Source: Harriotta raleighana (lineage: Eukaryota). From it: a stretch of 64,000 nucleotides of DNA. The stretch is from the NCBI GenBank assembly GCA_050575255.1, contig JBNZDD010013610.1:2092366-2156365 (forward strand), given 5' to 3'. The notes beneath the pieces are model-generated. The model did not search any database. It had not been told where the DNA came from and was given only the letters and a program-made list of their open reading frames with translations. Positions 63,783-64,000 of the stretch are shown here, piece by piece; the first letter of the stretch is position 1, and every line of letters begins with the position of its first letter. Made by a program: the position numbers and the translations under genes.

Positions 63783-64000
63783 AAGAAGATTCATTAGAGA
63801 TAGTTTATTATAGTTAATAATAGTTGGCAACATTTTTAACTTTGATCACCAAAGTATGATTAAAATCATATCTGAAAAATATGCCTAACTCAATTAACTT
63901 TTTCCTGTCGCATCTGCACTAATTCATTTTGTTGTCAACCTTCCACACCTTTTATATTTTTAAGAGAATTTCATACTGTCTTTGAAAGGAAACAAATATT

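Noticed and set aside
1-64000. CRISPR arrays, operons, prophage or defence systems
   Set aside because: Eukaryotic intron-exon DNA; recurring motifs are dispersed SINE/LINE ends, not regularly spaced repeat-spacer arrays.

Overview
AT-rich vertebrate genomic DNA, not prokaryotic. The repeat content (tRNA-head SINE with an L2-type (TTA)n tail, Deu-domain SINEs, CR1/L2 LINEs) suggests a cartilaginous fish, probably a chimaera such as Callorhinchus; this is inference. The whole window lies inside one + strand multi-exon gene. I reconstructed 19 GT-AG exons between 629 and 61976 whose phases chain without a frameshift into 3114 nt / 1038 aa of continuous coiled coil. No clear start or stop is in the window. 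Several exons resemble my recollection of human PMFBP1 (sperm head-tail coupling protein), but with a much longer N-terminal rod. The introns hold decayed CR1, L2 and L1 LINE fragments, many SINEs and two TA-flanked TIR elements. Most notable: (i) exon lengths are quantised to 7n or 7n+4 codons and all 14 phase 0-0 exons open in the same register of a 28-residue repeat; (ii) candidate 12-nt and 45-nt in-frame micro-exons; (iii) a multi-template insertion inside a SINE copied from two nearby loci; (iv) a perfect 16-bp CRE/E-box palindrome; (v) a splice acceptor abutting an L2 3' end. I found no evidence for a wholly new multi-gene system. Almost all ORFs in the supplied track are non-coding read-through or repeat fragments.
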